64,000 bases of DNA from the human T2T-CHM13v2.0 reference genome, Homo sapiens, in assembly GCF_009914755.1 (NCBI RefSeq), contig NC_060937.1; one strand, 5' to 3'. Shown here piece after piece: positions 14,025-27,068 of the stretch; positions within the stretch are counted from its first letter, which is position 1; every line of letters begins with the position of its first letter. The position numbers were made by a program, and so were the translations under genes. The notes beneath the pieces were generated by a model that was given only the letters and a program-made list of their open reading frames with translations, was not told where the DNA came from and searched no databases.

Positions 14025-14365
14025 CATCCCAAAAAAACATTAACAAAGCAGACATGGTTGCAGAGAGGACGATTATGTACAGGCTCAGCAATATAGACTT
14101 CAAGTTAACAAGGCTGTCCTGGCTAAAGCCACTGCTGAATGCCCAATCTGCCAGCAGCAGAGACCAATACTGAGCCCTCTCATATGGCACCATTTTTGGG
14201 GTGATCAGCCAGTTACCTGGTGACAGGGTGATTATATCGAACCACTTCAATCAGGGAAGGCACAGCTATTTATTTTTACTGGAATAGACATTTACTCAGG
14301 ATATGAATTTGCTTTTCATGCTTTCAATATCTCCACCAAAACAAACATTCATGTACTAAAAAATG
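14025..14365 (+). mobile_element. ERVL internal fragment (integrase zinc-finger to core start)
   Basis: GCCACTGCTGAATGCCCAATCTGCCAGCAGCAGAGACCAATACTGAGCCC (ATAECPICQQQRPILSP); similar to 61585-61800 in this window. Confidence 0.85.
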
Positions 14366-14679
14366 AGTACACAGTAAGCTAAATCAGCATTAAAATAAAA
14401 ATTATTTTACGTTAAAGAATACAAATAAATGCACTAGCTTTCAATTGTAGAACAGTGCTTACCTAGTGAATCACAGTGAATCAGTTGTGACTAGTGTCTA
14501 CTCTACATCACCATTTAAAATTAAATATTGATTGTATAAAATTTATAACACAATTTTAATGGGAAGATATAGCAGGGCTCCATGCATATGTTTCAGAATT
14601 GCTGTGAAATGAGAAATAAATCTTTATACCCAAACTACAAATAATTGAAAATTGCCTAATACTGAGAGATAAAGAAGTA

Positions 14680-14759
14680 TTAGGTTGGTGTAAAAGTAAT
14701 TGTGGTTTTTGAAATTATATTTAACAGTAAAAATCGTAATTGTGTTTGCACCAACCTAG
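14680..14759. mobile_element. MADE1 (Hsmar1-derived 80-bp MITE)
   Basis: TTAGGTTGGTGTAAAAGTAATTGTGGTTTTTG ... TTTGCACCAACCTA palindromic structure, preceded by TA. Confidence 0.92.
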
Positions 14760-17484
14760 AAATTATAAACCTATTATTTAGGGACAAATGGTTAATGCCA
14801 AATTGAACAATGAACATAATCGAAAGTGTCTGCCTCTGGGGCACACAGAACACATGACTGAAAGGAAGCAGAGGACTACTTTTCTCCAAGTAAGTTATGA
14901 AGAACTATTTGTTTTTACTCATTTTACAGGCATAACTTTGATAAAAATAAAGATAAATTAATAATAAACTAAAAATACCAGATTCAATGCATATTAAGTC
15001 TAATATTGAGGAAACAGCCACAATTTTGTATGCTTCTTAATCTTTGAAATAGCTTATAGTTTTATAAATACAGGTAGGATTATAAAGTGAGCAAATCTCC
15101 TTAGTATGCCCAAAGCTTTTCTTATGTGTAATTGGAAACACTTGAAGAGATGAGCTTCTTTGTGAAATAAAGGAAAACTTTATATTTCCTTTTTTTTTGA
15201 AATTTATAATAGCAAAGACCATTTGGCCTTTAAATGCAATATTAAGAATTTATTTCTAAGCTACTAACTTATTTTCTCAGAGTGTATATATAACTTCTTC
15301 TAACATGGGATGCCATATTGGAACAATAATTACATCTTATGCTTTTTTCTGTTTATTACTACATGAATATGTCAACATATGTAATTACTACATGTATATG
15401 TTTAACATAAAAAATATGGCCAGATTGAGAAAATGTACTATTTTGCAGCCGGGATCAAATGCTTTTCGTTTGTGTTATGAATATATTTTTATGTATGATG
15501 AACTCAATTTACTTTTTTTCCCAACCTTATCAGTAGACATATAATCATATTGTTTGTTAGTTCTTATTTATTTTCCACACATCTTAAATAACTATGAACA
15601 CTGAATATAAATTATTAAAATATATGATCCTATTCAGTGGCTCCAAAATAATTATAAGCAAACATCTAAATCTACTTTTGCAGCATTTTGATGTCCGTAT
15701 CAGTTGGTAGCCTAGTCTCAGCTTGACACCACAAAGATTATTTTTGTTTAGAACTTTTTAATTCTTGCCAAAAACCCATCAAGACAGATTTTAAAAGTGC
15801 CCTATGGTTTTTTCTTAAATTTAGTTGCTACAATTAAGATACAATAAAGCTCTCATGGGGTGTGTATTGCACTCCTGTGTGGGTACACTGAAAACAATTC
15901 ATTTATACTTTACCTATTTTGCAAAGTCGGTTGGAAATATTTTATTATACTTCTTTGCATAATTCGCTCATCAATAAAAAAGAAAAAGATGCATCATTTG
16001 TCTTCTCTTTTTAAAAGGGAAAAAATCAATTGTAAAACAAAACAAAACGTAGAGCAGGCTACACTAACATTAAGCCAAGATCTTTAATCTCAATATCAAT
16101 ATTCATTAAAGTTTTATATTACCTACCTACACTCTAATTACTCAAGTATATCATATGTAACCTCTCTTTCTTCCCAACTGTCAGCAAATATGGTGCCATC
16201 TTCCCTTAATAAAGACAATGGAAATCCTATAAGTCAATGTATCTCTGCCAAAAAATAAAGCAAAATAAAATAAAAAGGCCAATTGACTTTAAAAAGCTTT
16301 ATTTAAAAGCTGCTGAATGAGGACATAGCCCCCACGATTTCTGCTTTTCCTGTGCCACATTGTTGAATTGATTATAATGTCCTTGGCGATAGAGGTCACG
16401 TTAATTTTATCACATCCAAGGATTCTAGGTGAAATATGTGGCACATGTGCAGGCTGCATGCTCGTTTGTCACATTATTACTTGCTGTCACTTTTGAAGGT
16501 AGGTGTCTTTTTGAAGAATGTGCCACAGCTAGAGGGTCATGTTATTTGCATAAAGCTCTGAAAGCTGTCTTTCCAGAGAGAATGAGTGGGATGTTGCTTC
16601 ATTTTCTGTTTACGGAAAGCATAGAGGGGACAGCTGTCAGAAGCTGATGCTGTCTCTCTTGTACATAGATATCTGTTTAAAAAAATGCTTAAGAACATAT
16701 TAATGGATTGTAACTAAAAGTTCCATTTACTGGCCTGAATGTTAATTTTACCACTCAGAATAAAGTAATTCTGGTCTGCTGTCAGCAGATATTTTTGCTT
16801 TATTTGCTTTATAAATGTCAAAAGATGCCTATAAATTGAAATGATTTACGGAAGCTTCCATTGCTTTTGGTTGATAACTAAATAATTTCCTTCCTTCACA
16901 AAATTAGAGGAAGAAGGATATAGCTGTATTTTTGAGGCTACTACAAATAATTTCACTGAAGATCTTATGAAGGTTTTAGAAATAATGCAAAGTTAAATAT
17001 CATTATTAGGGCCAAAAATTATATTATTATAAAATACCAATGTGCTTTGAAAACCTGAATTTATAAAAACATATGAATAGGAACTTATTTTAAATAAAAT
17101 TATGCATCTAAAAACAAAATAATTTGATAGATGCATAAATATACTTTTCTTGAAATAATGTATAAAGTTAATAATTTTAAATAAAAGTCATGATTTTCAA
17201 AATTATGTCACAGCAAAATAACTCAAACCTACAATGACAAATAAAAAAGCTCCTTCTTGTATGCAATGAGGGTATTTAATATAATTTAAGAAAAGTATAT
17301 GCTTTGATATATAATTATATACACGTATTTATGCTCAGATTCTATTGGTTAAAAACAAGGTGGAAATATACTTAATAAAAATATAATATAAACTATATCT
17401 TACTACTAATTTGTTACTCAGCTTCTTGTTTATTTTGGTGAATTAAAGATAGCTCTAACTTCCTTTAAATACACATCAAGAAGT

Positions 17485-17827
17485 GGAAAGTTGATCTCAT
17501 AAAAATAAAGAATAAAATGGTGATCAGAGGCTGGAGCTTTTAGGGAGAGGGGTATGGGTGATATTGGCCAAAGCACATATATTTATAGTGAGATAGTTAG
17601 AATAAGTTCAAGAGATACATTGTACAGTGTGGTGACTATAGTTAAAAACAATATGTTGTATTTTTGAAAAATACAAAAAGAGTGGATGTTAAGTGTTCTC
17701 ATCACAAAAGTAATAACTATGTGAGATCATACATTTGTTAATTAGCTAGATTTAACCATCCCACAAAGCATACATACTTCAAAACTTCATGTTGTACACA
17801 GTAAATACATAAAATTATGTCAATTAA
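17485..17827 (+). mobile_element. L1MA 3'UTR fragment
   Basis: GAATAAGTTCAAGAGAT..GGTGACTATAGTTAA..AAGTGTTCTCATCACAAAA..TTAATTAGCTAGATTTA. Confidence 0.8.
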
Positions 17828-17829
17828 GA

Positions 17830-18335
17830 CAGAGAGATGGGTCTTTCACCTTGCTATGAAACTAGACAAAGACTGGGACTACTTTTACTAATACCAAGTG
17901 GCAGAAGTGATCCTGCTACAGCTTCCAGGCCCAGACAAGGGGATCTTCAGGTTCTTCTTTCATGGAACACTTCTTCTTGAAAGTCTGAAAGGCTGTGTAA
18001 TAAGTTCTATTCTGCTGCTCGTAAGATCGCATAGAAAAATTCTGCAAATAATTGACAGAGAAAGCAGCTCAACTGATCCCAGCCTCCAGGTATCCATACC
18101 AATGTGGGAGACATATGAGTAAAGCCTCTTTGGAACTTCCGGCCTAGCCAAGCTACCAGCTAAAAACGACCAGGTCCCTTCAGTAAAGCATGTGGAGCAG
18201 GTAAAGCAGAAGAATTGCCTGCCAAACTTTGCCTGGATCCCTCCTGGTCCACAAATCAGGAGCATCATAAAAGTTGTTTTTTTTAAGACACAAATTTTGG
18301 GATGATGTGTTAGCAGCAACATGTAACTATAATAA
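17830..18335 (+). mobile_element. MLT1 (MaLR, MLT1H-like) LTR
   Basis: GTGGCAGAAGTGA, CCCAGCCTCCAG, CATGTGGAGCAG..GAAGAATTGCCTG and terminal TTTTAAG..TTTTGGGATGATGTGTTAGCAGCAA. Confidence 0.7.
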
Positions 18336-19443
18336 TCATGTGTGTGTGTCTGTATGTGTACTTGTGTATGTATGTTTTAAATCAGAAGTATTGATAATTC
18401 TAAAGCAGTCTTTAAGAGCAACTTATCTTTATAAGACTTGAAATGACTGTAACAAACATATTATTCCACATAATTTCCACATCCCCAGTCAGGCAAATTG
18501 AGTGTTCTACAGGGAGTTAGTTAGAAAATGTATAGGTATGTTGTGTTTCATAGCTGAGTATTTATTAAATAATTGCTTCATGAAATTTTTGTCAATCAAC
18601 AACATATGTGCAAAAATGAGTTTACCTAATTGTATTGAGTTACCCTTTTTCATTGGTTGGTTGTATGTGTCAATAATAACTTGATTATTTGAATAATTGT
18701 TTAATGATATGAAGAGATAGGACATAGAGAAACTGTATCAATTAGAACTTTCAACTATATTGAATGATAGAAACCATAATTTTTGGCTTATATTCTAAAT
18801 CATATATAAATATATTTTACTAAAATATATAAATGTAGTAGAATATTTACTGAAACTGATCTTTATGCATGCTACCCAATGAGAAACTTCTATCTAAATT
18901 GCTAATTACTCCTTTTTCTGGTGGAGGCCATACGCAGTTGCTCTACAGCATGGCCTTCAGAGACAGCTGACTTGGTTAAAAATTATCTTCTCAATTCTTA
19001 ACTAAGTTAAACAGTAAGGCATAGCCCAGTCATTTTGCTCTTGTTAGCCACAGTAATACGTATATATATATATGAATAAAAATAGTTTCTACCTGAAGTC
19101 TTGTGCAGATTAAATGTTATAATTCACATAATTTGCATTAAATCTGGCAGCTAAATTAGATATTAATTTACATATTACTAATAGTATTAATTTAAAAGCA
19201 TCTATTTCCTATTTTTATATATGTATATAAATATTTCTTTTTTTTCCTTGCCAAAGACCAGTTGTCTTCTTACCTTTCATAAGCAGATGTTGAAACCTTT
19301 ACATAGAGGAAAAGAGTCTTCTTGTAAAATAAAAATGACATCCTAACCTATTTTCTTTGGATATTTAAAAGACAATTAGCCCGCTGGGATGAAAGAAAAC
19401 CAGAGGTGCTAAGAGGGTCCTTATCATCGAGGATGGTGTACAA

Positions 19444-20094
19444 CAACGGTCCCCAACCATTTTGGCATCATGGACAGGCTTCCTGGAAGACAATTTTTTC
19501 ACGAGTCTGGGGGCAATGTTTTGGAATGAAACTTCCTCCTCAGACTGAGGCAGGAAAACAGGGTCTGGAGGCAAGAAACAGAAGGCCAACTCACACGTCA
19601 GCTATCACAGGAAATGTCCTCTCCAGAGGGCGTACACCAATTAACTAATGGAAACCTCTAGAGGGTATTTAAACCCCCACAAATATGGTAAAGGGGATCT
19701 TGAGCCCATATACTCGGGCCCACTCCCACCCTGTGGAATATACTTTCATTTTCAATAAATATCTATTTTTGTTGCTTCATTATTTCCTTTCTTTCTTTGT
19801 GCATTTTGTCCAGTTCTTTGTTCAAGATGCCGAGAACCTGGACACCCTCCATCGGTAACAAGATCACCAGGCATTAGTTAGATTATCATAAGGGGTGCGC
19901 AACCTAGATCCCTCACATGTCCAGTTCACATAGGGTTGACGCACCTATGAGAATCTAATGCGACGAAGGTCTGACAAGAGCTGGAGCTCAGGCAGTAATA
20001 CTCGCTTGCCCGCCCTCGCCTCCTGCTGTGCGGCCCAGTTCCTGACAGGCCAAGGACTGGTATGTGTCTGTTGTCCCTAGGTTGAGGACCCCTG
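19444..20094 (+). mobile_element. MER1B (hAT-Charlie) DNA transposon, interrupted by a MER61 LTR
   Basis: TIRs CAACGGTCCCCAACC / GGTTGAGGACCCCTG; 8-bp TSD GTGTACAA / GTGTAGCA; internal GCGCAACCTAGATCCCTCACATG. Confidence 0.88.
19546..19860 (+). mobile_element. MER61-family (ERV1) solo LTR
   Basis: TGAGGCAGGAAAACAGGGTCTGGAGGC ... CATCGGTAACA; TATTTAA and AATAAA inside; 4-bp TSD AGAC/AGAT. Confidence 0.85.
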
Positions 20095-21005
20095 GTGTAG
20101 CATATGCACAGGTCACTCAGGCTTAATATCTAGAATTGGATGGTGCCAGAGAAGAACTAGTTCTGTGTAGAGGTAGCCACTTGTTTCCTGGTACAGCTTT
20201 CTTCTACTGGCAAAATTATATATTTTGGCTGCATCTTAAATCTGCAACAGAAAAAAATTGGTTAAAAATTTCTCCCACACAGCCCCTCTCCACACACACA
20301 CACATGCAGACACACACATTTTAATCTACCAAGGCATAACAACTAACTTTGCTAAGAAACAAGCTCTTTCATTTTCAGAACTTTGGATTTTATGTTTAGA
20401 ATGCCCTTTTCCCTTCTCCTGATTGATAAACTGCTAGTCATTTTTCACGAGTCATATAACTCATCCCGTTAGTGTTTCTACTTTGTGCTGCCTTGAGCAT
20501 ACTATAAAACTTTCCTGGGGTCAATGTCTGAGAACAATGTTTTACATATCATTTAAGGTAAAAATAAGTCACTAATTGGTCTGGGGTGAACTTCCATTAT
20601 AAATGATGACAAAGCAAAGATTTAGTCAGTTGGCATTTTGATGTTGTGGAACAGAAAATTCCTGTCAAATTGATTCTATTTACCATTTTTCAATAAAATA
20701 TCTGCTTAAAGGACTTTGGGTTGTGTTTTGGTTTTCAGAGCTTTATTGATAGGGAATGGAAAGAGAAGAATTTTGAAAATAGAGAAAATGTGTAATGCAG
20801 TAATTTGAATAATGCCATTTTTAGACAGCCAGGTTGGTGTGGAGTGTTTGTTTGAGATCTGTGTCCATAATTTTAAAAGTAGATTCATCAGATTTGTCTT
20901 TTTTTTTTTTTCCAATGAATTTCAGCTACAGAGAGTTGGGCTAACTAGTGTTGGGGCTTTGCCAAGTGAGTGGGACGGAGAGGTAGAAAAATGTGATTAC
21001 TCTAG

Positions 21006-21319
<314 letters not shown>

Positions 21320-23223
21320 CAAGAGCGTGATCTTAATGAAAGATAATTGATTCAATCTTAAGTAAAGAGAAGTCAGAATATGAAGCAGTTTATTGATGGT
21401 TTAGTAAGTGGTGGGGGTCAAAAAAGTAAAAAGGCTAAATGACATGGGATATTTGTAGGCGTGAAAATAATACAATAGACAACCTGGAAGGATAGGCGTC
21501 TATGGTCATAAAACAGGTTGCTCAGAAGAATATGACTGTGAAATCGAGTTGAAATGGAATAGGCTGACCTCTAAAGTCAAAAGGTTACATGTGTGTGAGA
21601 CCAAAATGTGAAATGGAGGGTATGTGTTCCTTCAGAAATAGTAGTGGTAGAAAAGTGCCAGTTAATAAAGACATCAAAACTGAGGAGGAAATGTTGGGAG
21701 ATCATCAAAGACCCAATTCAAGGGTTAGAGGTAGGAAATCTCATGATATAAACCACAAAGGAGATGTGCTCCCAAAAGAATGTTTAGGATGAGTAATTTG
21801 GAAATGGCAATGAAAGCAAGGAAGATACATACCTCACCTGCAAGCTCTGGAGTATATGATTCAAAGAGAGAAAAAAAATATTCTCCAGTTGAGAGTGTTA
21901 CAGGATAAATAAATCATCAGATCTTGAGTCTCCACTAGAAACACACAGAGGAATCATGAAGGATATAAGAATTTAAAAATAAAAACATTTTATTGTTAGA
22001 AAATAAACCATTAATTCTAGAATGTAGTGTAGGGCAAAGGAAGTTGGGAAACTGGGTCAGATTAAACAATATGAAACAGCAGAGTAATGAGACTCTGGAC
22101 AAAAATGATTGAGAGCTTGATCTTCTGGGAGTAATTAAGATAATCAAAAAATTAGGTTTGGATAAATTCACTCTTAAGATATTTGGCAAGTGAGGTGGGA
22201 GAGTAGGACAGAAACTGATTTCTCCTCTACTTTATGGTAGTGTGATGGCCAAGAAGTACACAAAGCTTCTTCTGTGGAGTCTTATCTTGCTTCTGTGAAG
22301 TTTCTCTAGGCTGAAGGTGTTGTAGTATCAGGGAGATGTCTTTCTCCTGGAACAAGAGAATGCTTTACTGTGAAATTGTACCATAATGGTTGAAGTCATG
22401 GTGCATAATTGCAGTGACCTCCATCTTTATAATGTTATTTCCTCTGTGTCCTTTGGATGGTGGTGGGATGAATATGAAAAACATAAGTAATTTTAATCAG
22501 ATATACAGTAACCTGCAAAAAATAAGCAAATATATAAGAATTAAGTATCTTTACGTTTAACCGTTGATCTTCCAAAAATAAAGCCCTCTATTTGGTAGAT
22601 AAAGACTTAAAATATTTTCATTAAAAAATCCATGATATTTAACTGTTTTCAAATTATATGTTTTTGCTTTTGTAATACTCAAAGCACTGCTTTGATGAGT
22701 TGCATGTTAGTTTTAGAAAATGATTTTGTTTTTACTGATCGATGTTTTCTGATCGATTTTAAAAGCCCACAAGAATACATTGCAAAGTAATAAAAAACTA
22801 TATATATATGTGTATGTATGTATGTATGTGTATATATATGCATGTGTGTGAATGAGTGTGTACATATACACACTGCTGACATATGTAACACGTAGGTGAT
22901 TGCATGATACAGCATAAGCATTGTGGCAGTTCTTTGCTGTTATTAGATTTGTTGCTGCCTTTATTATTATAATATACTATATTGACTTCTAAATGTTTAA
23001 TAGGAGTTATATGAATACTGCTCATTTTTTAAAAGTGTTAATTCAAAGCAAGTTAGGAAAAAATAACTTTGAAATGCAAGATATATCTATAGCACACTGG
23101 GTTTCTAATTTATTAGAAACCAAATATTAGTACATGTCTATTTAAATTGATGCATAATACTGGTATAAAGCTCTCCATATAAAATTACACATACTCATTT
23201 CTTGATTAGAAAATTGTTTTTGT

Positions 23224-23539
23224 GGCTGGGCATGGTGGCAAATGCCTGTAGTACCAGCACTTTGGGAAGCCGAGGTTGGCGGATCTCTTTGAGCCCAGGA
23301 ATTTGAGATCAGCTTGGGCACATGGCAAAACCCCATCTCTACAAAAAAATACAAAAATTAGCCAGGTGTGGTGGTACATGCTTATAGTCCAAGCTAGTTG
23401 GGAGACTGAGGTGGGAGGATCACTTGACCTCTAGAAATCAAGTGATCCTCCCACCTCAGCCTCCAGAGATGGCACCACTGCACTCTAGCTTGAGTTACAG
23501 AGTGAAAGACCTTAGCAAAAAAAGAAAAGAAAAGAAAAA
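23224..23539 (+). mobile_element. AluJ with an internal fold-back inversion in the right arm
   Basis: GGCTGGGCATGGTGG..TTGAGCCCAGGA..GAGGTGGGAGGATCACTTGA (J diagnostics); (GAAAA)n tail. Confidence 0.93.
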
Positions 23540-26174
23540 TATATTTTTCCAATTACAAAATTAGATTTTAAAATATTTAATTTAAATTGTTTAGGTTACT
23601 AAATAGAGCTTAAGTAAAAAAACTAAGTGAAGAAAGTTAGATAAATGATAACAAGTTACAGTTTTTTTTTTCTCAAAGGCAAATAGCACTACTCCATAGT
23701 AGTCTGTTGTTTGAGAGTAAAAGACTGTAATATGGATGCAGTACTTTGTAAATAAATATGTTAGTCTGTACTCTTGAGTTGCCTGCACCAGGCTCCAGTA
23801 AAGTTTATGGTCTTCTAGGAAATAGCAGATTAGTTCAGTGACATGTAGGGCAGTGTAGACAATTGAAAGCAGTTGAGCAGAAGGCATGCTATAACATGAT
23901 AATAATAAAATTTACTTAATTAGAATATATGAACACTGATGTGCTTGACCAAAAGGTCAAATAGCCGACTGTGTGGCTTCAAACTGACCACCTGGCAAAT
24001 TAAAGCCTGCCTTTCAGATGCAGATTTCTGCAGAAGAGAAGTTTCATATTGGCAAACATTTTGAAAGTGGGCAAGGAAGGTGTCATAATTAGGGGAATTC
24101 TCTAGAAACTGCTTTTGCATTATATTTGACTTGAGTTATGAAAAATTCAATTGCTTATATCAGAGAACAAAGAGACTAATGATGAAGATATTACAATGAG
24201 GCTGTACTATATCCTTCCCTTTCCCTGTAGGTAAAACAGAAAAAGAAAAAAAAAAAAGCCCTTGCAATATTACTAATATGGAAAAAGTGAGGTAATGTAT
24301 TTTTGTTCTTTTTTTCTCTGTTCAATTTTCAAGATATCGCAATTTATAGTTATTATTCCCTCACATCTCTGACCCTATACTCAGCAGGTTCTCAATATAC
24401 GTTCCAGCTTCCTTCATTCCAATATTTCAAAGCTTGGGGCAACTTAAAACAATAAAATAAAATAATTCTCCCCCTCAACCACCAAAAAAAATACATTAAA
24501 TTAGGCTTCATACCAGGTTGATAATTTTAACAAACTTCTGATAATTTGAAATGAGCAAAAGAAAAAATTTGCCATCTCAGCTGGAAAAAGGAAACCTGAC
24601 AGAAATAAAGAAAGGAAACATTTCCTTGCCCAAAATGATTAAAGGGGAGATTTCCATGAAATGTTAGCACTTTCTATGCTTTCCTTTAGATATTTTCATA
24701 AAGATGTGTATACATCTCATCATATTCACCATGTATGTGCAAAGAGAAAGAGGTATCGGTGATTCACTGATATTTTTAAGCCATATATACAGCAAAACCT
24801 GTCACCATTTATGTTTATCCACTGTTGACCTTGAAGTGGCACTTTGTGACAAAACTTTCTAACATTTGAGTGCTACTTTATTTAAAAATGTAGATATAAT
24901 ATTCCTCTAGGCAGAAGATTGTCTATACTGTTTAATGGAAGGCATCATTTCAGTGTTTGCATTTTAAAAGGTTGGGAATAATGTGGGGAAGAAGTCCAAT
25001 GGGATTATTTTTTCAATGTAGTCATATAACATGTTAAACAATAAACATACTGAATGTAAACATGTAGAACTAATTTGTGCATAAAATATTAAAATCAGCG
25101 CAAATCAATCCTTCAGCATTTAAAAATATTAAATTATAAATTAAAGAACTTAAGTTCCAAATAGCTTTTAAAGTTGTAGCTTATATATGGAAAGGAATCC
25201 CTAATGAGGTTTGTGAAGAATTTTTATCTTTTTTATTTCAATTTCTACTAACATTGCACTTAAAATTTATTGAAATTAATTTAAATAATCTGTAAATATT
25301 TAATGCAAAAACATAATTATAATTTTTTGTACAATTATTTGTGGTATCATAGTGGAATTTATAATGCTCAAAAATATATTTCAAGAAAGCTTGAGTATTT
25401 TCTACTGTAAGCAACAATAGAGTATAAATATGTGCTTCATAATTTCTTAGTCTAAATACTGGGTTACATAATTACTGGAATAAAATCTACTTTTTTTTTT
25501 TCTATTTACTAATTTGTAACTAAAAAAGTGACCTTTTTTAGTTGATAATTTGGAGGAATGTTAGCATTTGTTCTATATATTAATATTCACAATACTATAT
25601 TTTAACTAATATATTCACACTTGTCCACAGTTATTTTACAACTAGTAAATATTTGTCATATTGATATTATATATATTTTAAATATGAAAATATGCTAATT
25701 AAAATTAAATATTTTCAATTACAGTAATAGTTTGTAGCAGTATCAAGAATAAATAAAATGTAACTACCTAAGTCATGAATATTTCTATAAATAAAATGTC
25801 TATGGTAAACAAAGTGTTTAAACTGGCAATTTTGTTTTCAAAAATTTTTAATGCCTTGAATTTGTTCAGAAAGGATTCATTTTTCTGCTGGCAATTTGTC
25901 TTAGCATTATACACTATTAATTGAAAGAACACTTTAGATACCGTGAGCCTAGACAATAGACTCCTTGTTATATTTTACTTTCCAAAAAATCAGGTAAAAA
26001 GAAAAGATAAATGGAATGACATACTTTTGGGAAATAAATTTTTTGATGTCAGATACAAATACGAATGCCAAGTGTATTTGGAAACTGGGCATAATTTATA
26101 TAACAAGTGAATTATATTAAGACTTATTAATTGAGTTCTGTGTTAGAGTCCTAAAATTTGTAAAAGTAGTTACT

Positions 26175-26350
26175 TGTATAGCACAGTATTACTATAAAGA
26201 GGCTCTGAACACAAGCCTGGGTACCATAAAAGTGTTTTTAAAAATTGCCCTTTCACTAACTAGTCTTGGGATATTGGGAAATTTAGTAGGCTTTCCTAGT
26301 CCTTATTTTTGCTCTTCTGGATAATACGGAGATTACTGCAAAGATTATGA
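26175..26350 (+). mobile_element. Probable MIR fragment
   Basis: Degenerate MIR-like layout (GTATAGCACAGT..GGCTCTG..CACTAACTAG..TATTGGGAAATTTA). Confidence 0.4.
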
Positions 26351-27029
26351 GACACAATCAAGTTTTAAAATTCTTGTTTAATTTTATGTGAGCAATAACT
26401 ACTTCTATTGCTTCCAAGGGAAATAATCACTAAAAATATTCTAAAATGTTGCCAAGTATCAGTGTTTCCAAGAGTCTAATACTTGGCACCTTTCATCTTG
26501 TTTTGGCATTATACTAGAAAGCTTAGGTCATCATACATTTTGGCAAAATAAATATTGACTACAGTTATCAATTTCACCCCTGTGGTTCAGGTTCACAATA
26601 TCAAAAGAGTCCTTTCACTTAACATTGTACAATGCTAAAACAATTTGTCGGAAGAAAATTGAATGAAGCCTCTCTGTGGAATAGCCATGTAAAATTTTCT
26701 GAGCTGCGATTTACACAGATACGAATGCAAACACATACAGGAACAACCACATCATTTTATAACCAAAACATAGATTAGAGTGTTGTTGGATCCTATAAAA
26801 TATGATGCAAAATTAAAACTATGAACATCGGAATACTGTTTTAAATACTTTTGTCTAGGTAGCTTTGAATTTTTTTTCACATCACTGAGTTTTTGGTCCC
26901 TCATTTGTAAAGAATACAGGTAAAACTTAATAGATTTTGATAGTGCATACAATGTCCTGTTTCTATAATTGTTGTATTTTTGTCTGTTTGCTAATCTTAT
27001 TTTCTTTTATATCCATATGCAGACTCATT

Positions 27030-27031
<2 letters not shown>

Positions 27032-27064
<33 letters not shown>
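27032..27064. repeat. (TG)n microsatellite
   Basis: Direct observation. Confidence 0.95.
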
Positions 27065-27068
<4 letters not shown>

